Assembly: GCA_013265495.1 (NCBI GenBank)
Contig: MU061579.1
Span: 5,764,963 to 5,828,962 of the forward strand
Source of the DNA: Vicugna vicugna
Taxonomy: Eukaryota
Direction of reading: 5' to 3'
Length of the DNA: 64,000 bases
Shown here: piece after piece, positions 14,150 through 26,799 of the stretch
Position numbering within the stretch: position 1 is the stretch's first letter
Layout of the letters: each line of letters begins with the position of its first letter
Translations under genes and position numbers: made by a program
Notes under the pieces: generated by a model
What the model was told of the DNA's origin: nothing
Seen by the model: the letters and a program-made list of their open reading frames with translations, nothing else
Database searches by the model: none

Positions 14150-14830
14150 AAAATTAAGTCTGTCATACTATTGCAGTTAACTCCTACTTCTACTCTTAAC
14201 CTTCCCTCCAATAGTCCATTCTTAGCTAAGCAGTTATGGTGATCCTTTTTCAAAATGCAACTTAGCCAATGGCAAATTTTTTTCTGTTCAAACCCTCCAA
14301 TGGCTGCCCATTTTCTTCAAAGTAAGAATCAGAATATTTATAATGTTTAATAGGACCTAAGCTAGTTGTACACCTCCCTGACTTCCTCTCCTAATCTTTT
14401 GCACACTGTTTTCTAGCCACAGTTGCCTCCTCAGTGTTCCCTGAAAATGTCAAGCATTCTTCCATTTCGAGGATTCACACTGGCTCCTTCTCTACCTAAA
14501 CACACTCAAATTTTCCCCTCTTGCTTCCTCTCCTTCAAGTCTTTGTTCAAATGACACCTTCTCAGTAAAGTTTGACTAATCTATTGAAAAATTCATTGCC
14601 CATTACTCAAAATCTTCACTTAGTTTATCTGACTTTTTTCTAAAGTACTTAGAATTGTCTTATATCATTTACTTTTTTTTTCTGTCAATTACTATCAGAA
14701 TGCAAATGTAACAAGAGTATTTTGTTCACTGATACATACTTAAATCAGCACCTGGCACATAATGGAAGTTTAATAATATCTGAGTAATGAATAAAGACTA
14801 ATTGATTGATTTAATGAATAAATTAGTAGC
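14150..14830 (+). mobile_element. L2 LINE 3' fragment
   Basis: AAACCCTCCAATGGCTGCCCAT, AAATGACACCTTCTCAG and CCTGGCACATAATGG...TGAATAA terminus. Confidence 0.75.
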
Positions 14831-15409
14831 CTTTAATACATTCAAAGTGCTAGAGTTGATCAGTAGATGTAGACTGGGCAGAGAGTCTTAATCAAGGAGC
14901 TACAAATGATTTATACGTGAGCCATTGATTCTCTTGGTGGGTCTGAGAGATGTGAGGTGGCCTAGTCTGGGTACCTCTAGCTTCAAAGAGGGTTTTTTCA
15001 TTTTCTCCAGTGATCTGTAAAAACATCATTTTATCTGTGTTTCTTGATGTATAAAAGTTTGAGAAGCAAATGTTTAAGGAAAGTGAAGTGTGATGCAAAT
15101 GCTGGCATTTTCAGGGATCCCACTCTCTCTCTACATCAGATTTCAGCCTTAATATCATAGGAAAGCCAGATGTGGTATCTTTTAGTCCAACAAATGCAAG
15201 TAGGTCCCCCCACAAAAATGTAAGTTGTCAAAGCCAATCACAATTATGTATAACAAAGATTGAGATAATGAAACTTTTAAATATTATTATGTGAGGTGAC
15301 TGTAGATGTGGGTAAAACTAAGAAGGAAACAAACAGGAATGAAATAAAGGAAAGCACAGATATACACAGTAGGCTGTCAGGGAATATATTACACAAATTT
15401 GAAATTGCC

Positions 15410-16500
15410 AGTTATTGCTGTGCAAGTCACTGATGTTATTTCCATTGATTTTTTTTTTAAACTTTTTCTCTCTGTTCTTCAGGTTGAATAATTTCTATTG
15501 ATCTGTCTTCAGATTTACTGATCCTTTTTTCCTGCCATCACCAATATACTGTTAGGCCTGTTCTGTATTTTGTTTTAACTTGAGATACTATATTTTTCAC
15601 TTCCAGAATTTCAATTTGATTTTTTCTTGCAGTTACATCTTGCTAGTGAGATTTCCCATCTATTTAGTATTATGGCTGTCTTTTCCTTTAAATTTTTGAA
15701 AATTTTTTTTAAAAAGTATATTCTGCTAATTCCAACATCTGAGTCATCTTGGGCTCTGTTCCTATTGGCTGCTTTTTTCTTAACGAAATACCACATTTTC
15801 TTGTCCTACACATTTCTAGTGACTTTTCATTTATTGAAGACATTGCTCCTGATTCTTTATGTTCCATAAGGTTGCTTGAGTATTCTCATGGAAGGCAGAT
15901 GAATTATTAAGTGATCACCAGGAATCTGTGGAGGCTCGATTTTAACATTGGGTGATGCAGATTTGTGTAAACTCATCAAACTCATCAAACTCAGCAGAAC
16001 TCAAACAGCAAACTGTGTTTCTATTGCAATAGATATCAGCTAAAACATTTGTCCTTTTTTCTTTTTCTTTTTTTTAGCTTTCAGTTGTTGCTTTTAGCAG
16101 GAACTCCAAACACATGATGTTTAGGGTCAGGCAAAGATTTGAGGGAATTTATACACAGATTTTAGGTATCCCTTCTTTCCTGGATCTCCCTGCCTCAATT
16201 CTCATTCACTCTGACAGCCCTAAACTCTCTCCTCTGATACCTTAAGTCAATAAAACTGTGCCTTTATGTTTATATTTCAGGAGTCTTCATGTCACACTGC
16301 CTGGGGAATGACTCTGAAAAAACATTGTATAATGGTGAATGTCGCTCAGTGAATGTGTGTTTCTTCTTTCAAGAGTTGATAATCTTTTTGTATTTGCTTA
16401 TTATGGCCACTCCTTAGTGTATTTGAAGAGCTGATTTATATTTTGTACAGTGTTTACAGTTGTTACTTGCATGAGTATTAGTCCAATGCCAGATATGTTG
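15410..16500 (-). mobile_element. Ancient L1M 5'/ORF1-region fragment
   Basis: AATTTCTATTGATCTGTCTTCAGATTTACTGAT and CTAATTCCAACATCTGAGTCATCT are typical of antisense old L1 ORF1 regions. Confidence 0.6.
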
Positions 16501-16590
16501 TCATTTCTAGAATAATCTTGTTAATTTGTTTAAATAAATCATTCCTAGTTGATTTATCATAAATTATGTTAATTATCTCAAGAGTGTTGG

Positions 16591-17200
16591 TGTTGCCAGT
16601 GATTAGATTCTTGTCTCTTCACAGAAAGAATTCAGAGATGAGACACGGAGGTCAAGAAAGTAAAGTGAGGATTTATTAAAGGATAAATATATGCTCTCAA
16701 GGGGAGAGCAGTCAGGTTCAGGTGAGCAGCTGCACCGAGTTTCTTTGGTAAGTTAGCTACATGGAGGGTAAAAATGAACAGGCAGTATATTCACTGTGGA
16801 GGGAAGGGTTTGGGGTTGTATTCCTTGATTTTCAGCTCCACCTTCAGAAGGGGAGGAGGGATTTTTGCCTTTATTTAGTCTGAATTGGAAATGTCATGGT
16901 GACAGTGCATGATGGGTACTTCTAATCTGCAAGTCCAATTTTATTGTAATGAGGACATAAAAGAGCAGAAGGTTACATTGGACACTGGAGATTCCTGCCT
17001 TTTCCCACCTTTCTTTGCCTGCCTCCAGGACACTTGTCATCTTAAAATGTGTGATATCTTACCAGTCCCAAGGTTCCTGCTTTTCTCTGACTGCCCAAGG
17101 ACACCCTCCCCCACGTTGTTCACATGATATATGGTTTTCTGCCTTTTGGCCAGTGTCCCCCTTTCTCTTTCTCATATCTAGCTATCTGTCTGCTCTGTTA
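16591..17200 (-). mobile_element. ERV1-like solo LTR
   Basis: Begins TGTTGCC. TTTATT (minus-strand AATAAA) lies about 80 bp in. GC-richer than its flanks, about 610 bp, with possible 4-bp TSD TTGG/TAGG. Confidence 0.7.
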
Positions 17201-17520
17201 TAGGTAGAAATCTTAGAATATTGATGGTTGATGTTTATCTAATCATAGATATAGATATACCTATATGGTAACCGACTCCTATATTAAAGAGAAGACTTAC
17301 AATGAATTAGAAATCACTTTTTAATTTATTAGTTGCCTAATTAATTACCCTATGTCATATGCTGTACTTTATGTTGGATATACCATGGTTTCCAAAACAA
17401 TCATGAGACAAAACTTTATAATTCATCATCTTGTTTTCTCTACATTTATGATGGGTCATTCAGCCAACCACTGAATTATAACTTGTCTTGTGAAAACAAA
17501 TGGATTAATAAGCTACATGT

Positions 17521-17979
17521 TCTTAAAAAACAAAGTTCAACTGAGAAAATTTGAAAACCTAATTGGCTTTATTCAGCAGTTCATGACTCAGGCAGCATTT
17601 CATCTAGCAATTAGTAGGATGCTTGGGTAGGGTTATACACAATGGATGGGTTTTATAGGGAGAAGGGTGAGGTGAAGGAGCTATTAGCAAAAGAAAAGAA
17701 AGGATTATTTTTAGGTCAGGACATCCTCATGTCTGTGGAAAGAGAATTGCAAGCATTTTATCATGCAAATTTCCTCTTCTTTCTCATTGGTGGAGGGGGA
17801 ATTAGAGAGGATCCACGTGACAGATTACCCCACTGGTACTGACCAGAAAATTCCTAGTTAATTATGACCTTCTGAGGAAGGTTGAAGCAACAGTTAGGTT
17901 AAGTATTAAATCTAGGTTTGGTGTCATGGACTTTAGAACAAATGACACCATTTGGGGCTTGTGGTTTTTCTCTTTAACA
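17521..17979 (-). mobile_element. ERV1-like solo LTR (different family from 16591-17200)
   Basis: TCTTAAA...TTTAACA termini (degenerate TGTTAAA inverted repeat), CTTTATT poly(A) signal on the minus strand, possible TSD ATGT/ATAT. Confidence 0.65.
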
Positions 17980-19331
17980 ATATTTTATGCTTCTAATACT
18001 TACTCAGAATTATACTTTTATTATTTAGATTAATGATTTCATTGTTTATTTCTTATCACAATGGATTTAAATGAGGGCTGCATCTGAAAAGCATGAAGAT
18101 AGCGAGCATGCCAAAAATATACATAAATGATATTAGAGTCAGCTAAGGATTTTAATTAACATAAGAAGAGATTTGTATATAGATTTTTTTATGTCCAGTA
18201 GTTTTCCAGAAAGAACAAATGTGCGAGAAAGTGATTTCTCTAATTATATGTTAATAGCTTTTCATGTGACTTGCTCGTTGGAGGTTGGGGAAATGTAATT
18301 GCATGAAACTCAGAACTGAATTTCAAAATATCTAGAGTCAAAAACCCAGAGGAGCAGAAGGAGTTTCACCTTAATAGCATGAAGCTATGTATAGTATCTG
18401 GATATTATTATTGTAAATATACACATATACAAATATATGCTTATAAAGTATACATTCTTTTTGATAATTTTAAATGTTTAAAAGACTGTGATGGACACGA
18501 TCCAAAAGCCCTGTTACTGTACACCAGGTAGGGAAAGTTCTGTAGTAAGTGGTGGTTAAACTCCTCTAAACAAGCTTCAGCAGGACAATGTCCTTTTGGT
18601 GTTTTATGTACACAAAAACCTTCCTACACACAAACAAATATAGAAATCTCCATTGTAATAGCCAAATACCGCATTTAAAAAAATGAAAAAGCTGAGCTTG
18701 AAAATCCGGAGGTTTATCCAGTCCCTGGTTAATTTATTGAGCTCGATACCACTTTCTTCAGTATATTTCAGGACAAAGCTTTACAACTGGGTTTCCTGAA
18801 TGGCCTATTTTACTTGCCAAAGGAAGTAAAAATGGAAGGTATATTTGTCTCCTTGAAAAGGTTATGAAACTCTTTTGTAAAAACTTTCCCTCGGGGGCTT
18901 TCCAAAAACAACTGGGCCAATTCGATGTCAAAACACAATGAACAAAACATACAAGAAGAGCAGACTTTTTGAACCAGCTGCTGGACTACCTGCAGCTCTT
19001 CTTAACAAGCAGGCCAATTCCACCTGGAAACAGAATGAACACAAGATATAAAAAGATCAAAATGGTTTGAACAAGCAGCTGTTTTAACTGCAACAGTTAA
19101 TCTTTCCTGGCAATCTGTTAGAGACACGTGAACAGAGCTAAGAACATTTTTGCTGACTCTGCCTCTGGGATGTGCTCAGTAAAGGTTCTTTCCACACATC
19201 TGAGAAATGTCAGTTATCCACTTACACAGCATAGAAACATAGTGCCTTTTATTTCAATTTAGATGTAAAGAATGCAGTATTAATGGTCAGCCTCACACAA
19301 GGAATACAAACTCATTTGTTGTTTACATCTT

Positions 19332-19628
19332 TTTTTTTTTAAGTGGAACAGTTGCACATTTTATCTTTACAGTTTATTATTGAAGTATAGTCAGTTTACA
19401 ATGTTGTGTCAGTTTCTGGTCTACAGCATAGTGTTTCAGTCATACACATATGTATTCCTTTTCATAGTATTTTTCATTATAGGTTACTATAAGATATTGA
19501 ATATAGTTCCCTGTGCTATACAGAAACTTGTGGTTTATCTGTTTTATATAGAGTAGTTAGTTTCTGCAAATCTTGAACCCCCATTTTATCCTTTCCCACC
19601 CCCTTCCCTCCCCAGGTAACCATGAGTT
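19332..19628 (-). mobile_element. 5'-truncated L1 3'UTR with extra 32-bp 3' segment
   Basis: Perfect 13-bp TSD TTGTTTACATCTT (19319-19331 / 19629-19641), TT/AAGA endonuclease site, poly(T) on the + strand and L1 3'UTR homology. Confidence 0.9.
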
Positions 19629-20816
19629 TTGTTTACATCTTAATTTCACCGACAAGATATTTGAGATATTTTTAAGTGTGCTAGCAAACTTTATTTGTTA
19701 ACGAAAATAAAACCTATATTTGAAACAATACATGCCGTAATGTGGTCTATAATTTAATTTAAAGATCAAAGACTATGTGTAGAATGACACATGAGTAAGC
19801 TCATTGTGTCAGCCACAGTTCTAAGTGAGGTACATATGTACATCAAGTAATCACACACTTGAAGATGTAGGGACCAGAGACTTGAGGCACTGAGAAGGAA
19901 AGGAATTTATCCATGACTACATAATTCACAACTGGCAGAGCTGGGATCCTAACACATGCTGCCTGAATACAGGGATCATGTTCTTGGTAACAGTGCAGCA
20001 GGATGAACATCCACTGGAAACATTTCCTTCAAAGAATTAAAGACTGAAATATGAACAACTGCTGTGAATTTCATATTGTTTACAAGCTAGATCTTTTCAT
20101 ATGAACTATGTTTTTGAATTTATTTCTGCATTATATTGTGCCAAATATAAAAATCATTTCTAGTATGTTTAAAATATTAATGGTATGAAACAATTCCCCA
20201 ACCACATTAAGTGCTCTAGAGGTTTATGACAATTAATGTATGAAATGGACAATCTGACTACTACTGCTTTCCATTTTTCAGATTCAAGCTGTTGTGATAT
20301 TTTCATAATATGTACAGGCAATCTAGTGGCAGTCTAAATTGTTCAACTTGTGAAATATAATTTTTTAATCAACTCATTTCACCACAGTCAGATTCTACAT
20401 AGTGCTTTGGGTAGACACATATGAAAGTAATTTTTTTTTCACCCTAAGAGGCCAAACAGCTTGTTTGATGAAAGCCAGATATGAAGTCCTGATTCACTTA
20501 TACATGCAATTATGACCTTTACATAAAATAACAACACTATTGTGATAGTTTAAAAAGTATGTACACAGGTTTCATAGAAAGGACAATTCTGACAAAAATC
20601 TCTCAATTTTAGGCAGATTTTAATATATTTCTCAGTTTTGTATAAATGAGGCAGTTATATCAATAATCAGTAATATCCAAATAAGTCATAAAACACTCTG
20701 ATCCCAGAAAAACTTATTGTCTCCTGGAGTTTTCTTTATTAGATCAGTTTCATTGAGAGAGAATTTTGTCTGATGGGAACTCATCTATTTCTGTACAGTC
20801 TAAAGATCTCAGGCTC

Positions 20817-21677
20817 ATCATTCAAAAGTCCACAAATGACAAATGCTAGAGAGGCTGTGGAGAAAAGGGAACACTCCTACACTGCTGGTGGGAATGCAGT
20901 TTGGTGCAGCCACTGTGGAAAACAGTATGGAGATTCCACAAAAGACTAGGAATAGACTTACCTTATGACCCAGGAATCCCACTCCTGGGCATATATCCAG
21001 AAGGAACCCTATTTAAAAATGACACCTGCACCCCAGTGTTCATAGCAGCACTATTTATAATAACCAAGACATGGAAGCAGCCTAAATGTCCATCAACAGA
21101 TGACTAGATAAAGAAGAGGTGGTATATTTATACAATGGAATACTATTCAGCCATTAAAATGACAACAGAACGCCATTTGCAGCAACATGGATGTCCCTGG
21201 AGAATGTCATTCTAAGTGAAGTAAGCCAGAAAGAGAAAGAAAAATACTATATGAGATCGCTCATATGTGGAATCTGAAAGCAAACAAACAAACAAACAAA
21301 CCATAAATACAAAACAGAAACAGACTCATAGACATAGAATACAAACTTGTGGTTGCCAAGGGGGAGAGGCATGGGAAGGGACAGACTGGGATTTCAGACT
21401 GGGATTTCAAAATTATTCAGACTGGCAAAATTTGTAGATACTGACAGGCTTATGTAGAACAGATAAATAAGATTATACTGTATATTATACAGGGAAATAC
21501 ATACAAGATCTTGTGGTAGCTCACAGTAGAAAAAAAAAGTGATGATGAATATACGTATGTTCATGTATAACTGAAAAATTGTGCTCTACACTGGAATTTA
21601 ACACTGTAACATTGTAATTGTAATTACAATTTAACATTGTAAAATGACTATAACTCAATAAAAAATGTTAAAAAAAA
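20817..21677 (+). mobile_element. 5'-truncated L1 (ORF2 C-terminus + 3'UTR), defective
   Basis: Homologous to the end of ORF2 of the full-length copy ([11 protein letters not shown]...KQPKCPST) with a premature TAG. TSD TAAAGATCTCAGGCTC (20801-20816) / TAAAGATCTCAGACTC (21678-21693). Confidence 0.95.
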
Positions 21678-21901
21678 TAAAGATCTCAGACTCTAAAGAC
21701 AGACAAAGCTAGATTTGAACTCAAGCTTTGGAAGAATTTAGCTTTGTAACCTAGAACATGAAGCTACTGCTCTTGAATTCACACTTGGTTTATGGGGATG
21801 ATAATAAAATCCATCTCATACAATTATTATGAGTATGTATTAAATGTGATATTATAAAAAATACCTTCATGTCAGAGACAAACACAATATATTCATCCTG
21901 C

Positions 21902-21988
21902 CAAGGTGACCAACCACCCCAGTTTGCCCAAGATCACCCTAGTGCCATGAAATCCCTCCATCCCAAACCAGGACATCTGGTCACCATA
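21902..21988. mobile_element. MER94/MER81-like hAT-Blackjack MITE
   Basis: Terminal inverted repeats CAAGGTGACCA ... TGGTCACCATA and internal CCCCAGTTTGCCC. Confidence 0.7.
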
Positions 21989-22699
21989 CACTACTCATAC
22001 AAATATACATTCCATATATATATCTTCAGACTTTTTGGGAACACAACTAAACATTTTTTTAACTACAGATAGGAAGATAGATAAATAGATAAATTATCAA
22101 TATACTGTGCCTTAATAACCTAAAATTTAACTGTCCTAGAATTTCAACAGACTGTAACATTTAAGATCACGGAGAAAAAAAGACTTAGCAAGCAAAACAG
22201 ATGCCTCCAATGTCACAAATACGGGGCTTGTGGCTTACTCATATGAGAAGTGACCAATCTCAAATCCTACAATTATTCCACAAAACAATCCTATCAAGTC
22301 TTGTTATTGGCTTTGCAAATTAATAGCAGAATAGAAACAAAATCTAAGATGAAGAAGAAAGTCTGCTATGGACAGTCACACTCAGAATTGAATTTCTGGG
22401 TCTTCCTAAATGGCAGTCACCTTCTAACAAAAAGTTCAAGGCCCTCATAAAAATGATTACAATTAAGGATGCAACAATAGGTAGACTTCATTCACACAGT
22501 TTAAATTATGAGCTGGCACCTGAGAAGAATAGAGAAACACAAGCAAACATGAGCAAATCTAGTATCATTTATTGAAGGAGTCAGTAGGGGAAAGACAAGG
22601 TGGAATGTGTTGCCTCAAAGCACAGCGAACAGAAATGCAGAAAGTTGACAATATGAAGTATTACATTGACCTTTTCCTGTAGTATTATTACAGAAGGAT

Positions 22700-24195
22700 T
22701 TATTTATCCATCTAGCAAGGATTTATTGAGTCCTGTCATATTCTAGGAATACAATATTAAAGAAGACAGATAACATCCCTGTTTATTCTACCCAAAAAGG
22801 ACAAACATATTAATGAACAAAATAATATTGAATAGTGAAAACTGCTATAGAAGAAATAAGGTAATTCGATCAAGAATGACTCAAAGGGCACTTAACATGG
22901 GATGGTCGGGGTGGGTCTCTCCAGAGACATGTCCCTTGAGCTGACATCTAAATAAGGAGAAGCAACTTGTCATAGAAAGAGCCTGAGAAGCTTCCTGGTC
23001 AAGGAAAAGACAAGGGTAAAGGCCTGGAGGAAATAAGTTATGTTCTGTGGAAGAGGAGCAGAGAAGAGACCACTGTGGAGTGGAGTAGCCTCTTGGCGTG
23101 TAGTGATGAGGGCTGCAGTCAAGCAGATAGAGATGAGGTCTTGAAGTCTATGGGACCAGGATAAGGTTGCTCTATGACGTCAGAGGAAGGTTCTAAGCAG
23201 AGGACTAACCTGATCTATTCTACATGTGTATTAATTTACAAGAGCTGCTGCAACCAAGTACTACAAACTGAGTCGTAAAGCAACAGAAATGTATGCTCTC
23301 ACAGTTTTAGAGGCTAGAAGTCTGAATCAAGGTGTTGACCATGTGGCATTCTCTCCAAAGCCTTTAGAGGAGGGTGCTTCCTTGCTCCTTCCAGGTATTT
23401 CTGGTTATCCCCAGGCACTTCTTGGCTTGTGATAGTGTAACTCCAATCTCTACTTCGATCTCATGCATTCTTCCTGTATGTCTTGCCTTTATAGGGCCAT
23501 CCACTTATGGGAATACCAGTCATCTTAACTGCTTATATCTGCACTGACCCTATTTCCAAACAAGGTCACTTTTGGAAGTACTGGATGTTAAGACCTTAAC
23601 ATATCATTTTGGAAGAACACAGTTTGACCTATAATGACATGGATAAGAGATCACTCATGCCCCTCTCTTGTAAAAGGACGATAAAGGGGCAAGAGTGAAA
23701 GGGGACCAGTTAGGAACTCATTACCATAGTTAAGGTAAGAGTAAATTTGTATCTTGTTCTAAGTTATTAGCAGGGAAGACTGAGAGAAGATACTGTTGGA
23801 GGGCATCAATGGACCAGCTTGTGAATTAAATGTGAGGGATGAGCAAAGAAAAATTCAGTTATAACTTCGGCATTTTTAATGTTAACAGTGGAAGACATGA
23901 ATGGTGGCATTAATTGAAATGGGAAATATTGGCAAAATAACAAAGAATAAATTTGGGGTACAGGAGGAAGTGTATGTGTGTTTAATGTGTTAAGTTTGAC
24001 ACATCAGATCTTCAAGCGGAGGTACTTGATATATCAGTCAGAAGCTCAACAGAGAGTTATGTAAGTGAGTTTTTCAGTCACATGTGAATGTAATAATACA
24101 ACATGAGTAATAATATAATACAATTAATTAGTATTAATCCAGGGAATGGCCTGGATAAGAAACCACAAAGAAGGAGGCCAGGACTGAGTCCTGAA
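22700..24195 (-). mobile_element. L2 LINE fragment interrupted by an MLT1 LTR
   Basis: ATTTATTGAG start, CTTGAGCTGACATCTAAA, GGAAGGTTCTAAGCAGAGG and GGACCAGTTAGGAA are antisense L2 hallmarks. Confidence 0.7.
23227..23637 (-). mobile_element. MaLR solo LTR (MLT1B/C-like)
   Basis: TGTATTAATTT...GCTGCTGCAACCAAGTACTACAAACTG...CTCTCACAGTTTTAGAGGCTAGAAGTCTGAATCAAGGTG...GACCCTATTTCCAAACAAGGTCAC. Confidence 0.8.
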
Positions 24196-24338
24196 ACAAA
24201 ACTGTTTCTGAAGCATGTCATGATAAATGAAGTTCTTCAGCAATATAACTGCAAAAAGGAGCTAAAAAGATGAAATATAAATAGAATGCAGATTTCGAAT
24301 TTCTATGAAATGATGCTATGTGGTGTTAGTATTAGTGG

Positions 24339-24340
<2 letters not shown>

Positions 24341-24372
<32 letters not shown>
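24341..24372. repeat. (GT)16 microsatellite
   Basis: Directly visible. Confidence 0.95.
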
Positions 24373-24373
<1 letters not shown>

Positions 24374-26799
24374 GGGAGAGTTGTCTTGAAGATTCTGTTC
24401 AGTATAAAGGGCTTTTCTATGGAGATATGAATATACACTTGGTATTAAAAGCTAGGTATAAATAAAAGTCTGTGCAAGTGGCTATTTGTCTTTATTGGTA
24501 ATCAGGGTGAAAGAAATTAAAGAAACTCTCCTGTAATCCATTCACTCTCTTTATTGGGAAGTGGTGGCTTCCAGGGAAAGTCATACAACATAGTCTAATC
24601 TCCTCATAAATATACTAATAAATGACCTTCCTGGTTGCAGACTAATGATATTTACTAAGCGAAAGATTCTTAACTACACTACTGCTCTTGTTTTTGGTAA
24701 ATAAACTCAGAATTTATGAATTTATGGAAAAATGTCATCTAGGCTGATGTATAAAATGGAAATGTTTCATGAATTAAATGCTCCAGGATGTGTCAGGTAA
24801 TATTTCACATTCCTCACTTAGAGACTCATCCATCCTGTTCCCGAGTGCATAGCTGATGCAGCGAAGAGAGGAAGTGAGGAGGCGCCCTCCACATGCCTGC
24901 CCTCTCCCTGCGTTTCTTGTGCCTTTTGAAAACTGGCACGTTTGAAGCTATTAGTAATGCTTATTACTGGATGAGATTTCTGATTCTTGTGAATCTGATT
25001 TGCCAAATTTACTTTTTGTTAGGTAAGTAATTACTCTCATTCCAAACCTCTCCCGCCTCCTACAAGATAGTTCCCTTAGAGTTTTCTTCACAAAGGCTCT
25101 GAAACTGTGGAGTAGAAATGACCCAGGTGACCTGAGCTGTCTGCTGCAGGACTGCTTAACTTTCAGCAATGGCTACTGCTGCTTGGGGTGAGAAAAACAA
25201 GGGTTACAAAATAATTAGTTTGAATATTTGAGATCAAAGCTAAGTTTCAACTCTATTTCTACACTATTCTGTGCTATGTATTAGTGTAGAAAAATCTGTA
25301 ATACATATTGGAAGGAGTCCAAGCTAGAAATTACTAAAACTATAAAATTGTTTGTGTTTTAGAAGTGAAACTTAAGTTATTAGATAAATTTAAATGTTTT
25401 TTTCAATATTCATTCTCTGGAGGTCCCAGATAGTTAAGATTTCATTGTCTGTACATTGAAGACAAATGGTAAGAGATGGCACTCTACATCAATTATTTGG
25501 GCATTATTATCTAAAGTACCTGATATAGAAAGGTGGCATTTTCACAAGGATTGATTTAAACTAATGTTTGTATTCATTTCAAAAGTCCTTCCCCTTTTGC
25601 CTTTCTTTAACCTTTCCCACTCATCACCTGCCATTTCAACCACCCATAGTGATTTGGAAAAGATGGCCTTACCAGCACACCCGAGAACAGAAGCATCAAG
25701 TACCCCCTTTGGAATATGTAAAAAAAAAAGTATTTGTTTTATCAATAGCTCAAATATTATTTTGAGCATTTATTCCATGTAATAGTAACAGAATAAATGA
25801 TCACTTCAGTATTTTCAATGTTACTCCAGACCTCACCCTCTATGATTCTTCTTCTCAGGGTGAATAAAATTAAAGGTGTGTATTCAGTGCTCACTGATGT
25901 CTCCTGAAAGCTGGCACATACTGATACTGCATGACTCCTGGGTTTTTCTTCCTCTGCCTTGCCCTCTTCCACAAAGGGTACAGTCCCATCTCATCTCTGC
26001 TGGCACAGGACAAATCCGGTATTGCTTCTGTGGCCTCTTATCACTTCCGAAAGACTCCCTGGGTGCTTGTCTCTGAGATGACAACTAGATGTACCCTGTC
26101 CAGCCACTGGGCAAGGGACTGCTCTTCCAGCCCATTCCACAGAAAGTGGTTTTGGGCTCGCTCTCAATGCCCCTGGCACCAGTCAAAGCCAGTTCTCTTC
26201 TACTATTGCTGCATGTTGGCAAAAGACACCTCTGTTGAGCTACTCTCTACCAGGGATTTGTGAAAGAATTAGGACAAAAGGTATCTCTTCACATTCATTT
26301 CCTTAAATACACATTCTAGATTGAAGTCCCTTCCCAGATATTTCCAGTACTATTGGGTTCTATTATTTCCTCTGATGACACTTCCAGCCCAGTCATAAAA
26401 TCTTTAATAAGTCTAGGATAGAAAACCCAACCCATAAATCAGAAATTTTTTTTTTATAAAATCTAGTGTTTGCTTTTAAATAACTTTGACATTTAAAATG
26501 TAAATATTCTCTAGGAGATCAAAGAAATCTTTTTTTTCAAATTATTATGAGTTTTAGAAATTTTGAAACATTATTTTAAAATAAAAAGATGATTTTTAGC
26601 ACCCCTTTATGCTCTGGTGTTCTGCTAAGCCACACTTCCCAGATAGCCCTAGATGGTTGGATTGGCATGTGAAAGGTTGGTTAGAATTAAAGAAGTGAAA
26701 AAAAAAATGGGGAAGAATTATTGGAATAAGTTATCACATTAGTTTAAATCAAGCAATTCCCCTGCTACAGGGTTGATTCTGGGACAAGAGCAAAGGTAG

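Noticed and set aside
15968..16010. Short AAACTCATCA tandem repeat (also ATCAA repeats near 42606 and an AAAGGATATTCTTT duplication near 56540)
   Set aside because: Two to four copies of short units are ordinary slippage products, with no spacer structure and nothing CRISPR-like.
25876..26263. GC-richer patch with overlapping ORFs as an exon or pseudogene
   Set aside because: No recognisable protein similarity, convincing splice sites, poly(A) tail or TSD.
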